From Candidatus Omnitrophota bacterium (GTDB lineage: Bacteria > Omnitrophota > Omnitrophia > Omnitrophales > JACROU01), in the NCBI GenBank assembly GCA_029261035.1, contig JAJDCD010000006.1, forward strand, positions 1,086 through 65,085: 64,000 nt of DNA. Direction: 5' to 3'. The position numbers and the translations under genes were made by a program. The notes beneath the pieces were generated by a model. The model did no database searches. It was not told the DNA's origin and saw only the letters and a program-made list of their open reading frames with translations. Shown piece after piece: positions 61,961-64,000 of the stretch. How positions within the stretch are numbered: position 1 is the first letter of the stretch; each line of letters opens with the position of its first letter.

Positions 61961-62743
61961 ATGTTTGATTTATTGGTTAAGGTCAAAGACAATAAAAAAA
62001 TATCTCCAGATTTATGGGTGCTTAGCTTTGATTCGGAAAAGCTAGCTCAAACAATTGTTCCTGGTCAATTTTTAGAATTTAAAGTTAGAAACTCTACAGA
62101 TCCTTTCTTAAGACGTCCTTTCAGTGTTTATAAGATTAAAAATAATACCATCGAGATTTTGTATGAAGTTGTGGGTGAGGGAACTCACCTTATGTCTGAA
62201 TTGCAACCCGGCGACACGTTTTTATCTTTAGGGCCTCTGGGGACCACATTTACTCCACAAAAAAATAAAAAAGTTATTATGGTCGGTGGTGGTGTGGGGG
62301 CTGCTCCGTTGGTGTTTTTAGCGCAAAAACAGGACTTTGATTCGATGATGTTGGGTTTTCGAGGAGAGTCTGCTGTTCTCCCATTGTCGGAAGCGATTGG
62401 AGACGATAATAAGTGGGTCTATGCAACGAATGATGGGTCCGTAGGTCACAAAGGGTTTATCACACAACCCTTGGAAGAACTATTTAAACAAGAAGATTCT
62501 CCTGAAAATTTGTTTATTTATTCTTGTGGCCCTAACCCCATGTTGTTAGAAGTAGCACGTATATGCCAACAGTACGGAGTGGATGGAGAAGTTTCTTTAG
62601 AAGAACGTATGGGCTGTGGTGTTGGAGCTTGTTTAGGGTGTGCTGTGTTAACAAAGTCAAAAGGGTATGTACCATCCTGTAAATATGGGCCTGTTTTTAA
62701 TATTCAAGATTTAGAATTAGATGAATTGAAGAATAGCGGATAG
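61961..62743 (+). CDS. pyrK: dihydroorotate dehydrogenase electron-transfer subunit (FAD/NAD-binding, 2Fe-2S)
   Basis: C-terminal cysteine cluster CGVGACLGCAV and an FNR-like fold. Confidence 0.88.
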   Translation: MFDLLVKVKDNKKISPDLWVLSFDSEKLAQTIVPGQFLEFKVRNSTDPFLRRPFSVYKIKNNTIEILYEVVGEGTHLMSELQPGDTFLSLGPLGTTFTPQKNKKVIMVGGGVGAAPLVFLAQKQDFDSMMLGFRGESAVLPLSEAIGDDNKWVYATNDGSVGHKGFITQPLEELFKQEDSPENLFIYSCGPNPMLLEVARICQQYGVDGEVSLEERMGCGVGACLGCAVLTKSKGYVPSCKYGPVFNIQDLELDELKNSG

Positions 62744-62880
62744 CGTGGAGCGTGGAGCGGATAGAGCAAACCACCCACATCCTAACCTTCTACCTCCACC
62801 GGAGGGAGAAGGAATAGAGAGTTTGACATGGAATAAAAACAAAGGAACCCTATTCGCTAAACGCTCTACGCTCCACGCTA
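62741..62880. repeat. 140-bp GC-rich intergenic element bounded by 19-bp terminal inverted repeats (18/19 identical)
   Basis: Left tagcgtggagcgtggagcg (62741-62759), right cgctctacgctccacgcta (62862-62880). Internal gcgtggag tandem repeat and an inner cctcc-acc-ggagg hairpin. Confidence 0.6.
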
Positions 62881-62898
62881 ATAAACATAGGAATTAAT

Positions 62899-63831
62899 AT
62901 GAGCCAGAAATCAAAGATAGATTTATCTACAAAAATTGGAGATGTGACATTTAAAAACCCTATTACTGTGGCTTCGGGAACCTTTGGCAACACAGATGAA
63001 TATGAGCCGTATGTTGATTTTGGTGAGCTGGGTGCTTTTGTCACAAAAACAATTACGTTGAATCCAAGAGTCGGGAATCCAATGCCTCGAATTTTCGAAA
63101 CGCCTAGTGGGATGCTGAATGCAATAGGTTTAGAGAATAAAGGGCTTGAGGACTATATTGAAAATAAACTTCCTTACCTTTCTAAAATAAAAACAAACTT
63201 GATTACAAGTATTGCCGGTAAAGATGCTTCTGAGCTTGCTGGCATGGCAAAGCGTTTGGACTCTTGTAATGAAGTGTCTGCTATTGAACTGAATCTTTCT
63301 TGTCCTAATATTAGAGATAAGAATGTGAAAGTTGCTAAACATGCAGAAGAGGTAGAAAGGGTTGTTAAGGAAGTCCGCCAGTGCACCAACAAACTTTTGA
63401 TTACCAAGCTTTCTCCAGAGATGGATTTCTTTATGGAGGTTGCGGAACTTTCTGTGAAATCAGGAACAGATGCTTTAAGTATGATTAATACGATTAAGGG
63501 AATGGCGATTAACGTAAATACATTGAAGCCCATGTTATCCAATGTTACGGGTGGCTTAAGTGGTCCTGCAGTTCGTCCTATTGCGCTTCGATATGTTTAT
63601 GAGGTAAAGCAGCATTTGGATATTCCGGTGATTGGCATGGGCGGAGTTGCTTCTTGGAGAGATGCTATGGAGTTTATAATTGCAGGAGCCCATATGGTTG
63701 CTACGGGAACATCCAATTTTGTCAATCCTCGAGCGCCGCAAGACTGTGTTGAGGGAATTGAGAACTATATGCAAGAGAAGGGATATTCTTCCATGAAGGA
63801 TATTCGAGGAAAATTACAGACATCTGTTTAA
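62899..63831 (+). CDS. pyrD: dihydroorotate dehydrogenase catalytic subunit (class 1B)
   Basis: Begins VASGTFGN..., FMN-binding TIM barrel, 310 aa. Confidence 0.92.
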   Translation: MSQKSKIDLSTKIGDVTFKNPITVASGTFGNTDEYEPYVDFGELGAFVTKTITLNPRVGNPMPRIFETPSGMLNAIGLENKGLEDYIENKLPYLSKIKTNLITSIAGKDASELAGMAKRLDSCNEVSAIELNLSCPNIRDKNVKVAKHAEEVERVVKEVRQCTNKLLITKLSPEMDFFMEVAELSVKSGTDALSMINTIKGMAINVNTLKPMLSNVTGGLSGPAVRPIALRYVYEVKQHLDIPVIGMGGVASWRDAMEFIIAGAHMVATGTSNFVNPRAPQDCVEGIENYMQEKGYSSMKDIRGKLQTSV

Positions 63832-63839
63832 GGGGAGTA

Positions 63840-64000
63840 ATGATGGAAAATAAAGATCGAGTAATTATTGCTTTAGATGTGGACAACATGGCTGATTGCA
63901 GAAATAGGGTAGACCAACTCTGTGAACAAGTTTCAGTTTTTAAAATTGGAATGGAGCTTTACACCGCCTGTGGACAGGATGCCGTAGAGTATGTGCATAA
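63840..64000 (+). CDS. pyrF: orotidine 5'-phosphate decarboxylase, 5' part (continues past window end)
   Basis: Begins MENKDRVIIALDV...FKIG, the OMPdecase N-terminal motif. Confidence 0.85.
   Translation, partial: MMENKDRVIIALDVDNMADCRNRVDQLCEQVSVFKIGMELYTACGQDAVEYVH

Noticed and set aside
1-64000. CRISPR arrays, transposases, integrases, toxin-antitoxin pairs and restriction-modification or other defence genes
   Set aside because: No direct-repeat arrays and no such ORFs are present. Every gap of 150 nt or more was examined. They contain only promoters, hairpins and the single 140-bp inverted-repeat element.

Overview
This 64-kb window is core-genome DNA from a low-GC diderm bacterium with AGGAGG-type Shine-Dalgarno sites and sigma-70-like promoters. 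I cannot place the lineage from sequence alone. Nearly every gene is on the + strand, with short gaps or overlapping starts and stops. The order is: (1) the S10-spc-alpha ribosomal superoperon, rplC(3' end)-rplD-rplW-rplB-rpsS-rplV-rpsC-rplP-rpmC-rpsQ-rplN-rplX-rplE-rpsN(type Z)-rpsH-rplF-rplR-rpsE-rplO-secY-adk-map-infA-rpmJ-rpsM-rpsK-rpsD-rpoA-rplQ; (2) aspartate aminotransferase, a short Mfd-like helicase, and surA-like PPIase-pdxA-rsmA; (3) gatCAB, an S41 protease, a YibQ-like deacetylase, tsaD, MgtC, hisG, a tiny bS22-like basic ORF, ispE, spoVG, tRNA-Gln, clpX, two ABC permeases, glmU, prs, rplY, pth, rpsF-ssb-rplI and dnaB; (4) an envelope cluster, bamA-skp-lpxC/fabZ fusion-lpxA-lpxI, then a GAF/sigma-54 activator and a stand-alone receiver, then lpxB and a Gfo/Idh/MocA oxidoreductase on the - strand, then msbA; (5) a Bax-inhibitor/YccA-like protein and a Bacillus-style pyrimidine operon, pyrR-pyrB-pyrC-carA-carB-(DUF962)-pyrK-pyrD-pyrF(5' end), with a PyrR-type leader terminator. 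I found no CRISPR array, transposase, integrase, toxin-antitoxin pair or recognisable defence island, so I do not claim a novel defence system here. The observations most worth a second look are the GAF/sigma-54 activator plus orphan receiver inside the lipid A cluster, the Mfd lacking its N- and C-terminal domains, the SpoVG with a zinc-ribbon insertion, the unannotated 32-aa bS22-like ORF, a 140-bp element with terminal inverted repeats between pyrK and pyrD, a terminator-like leader ahead of msbA, and the K/E-rich tails on many ribosomal proteins.
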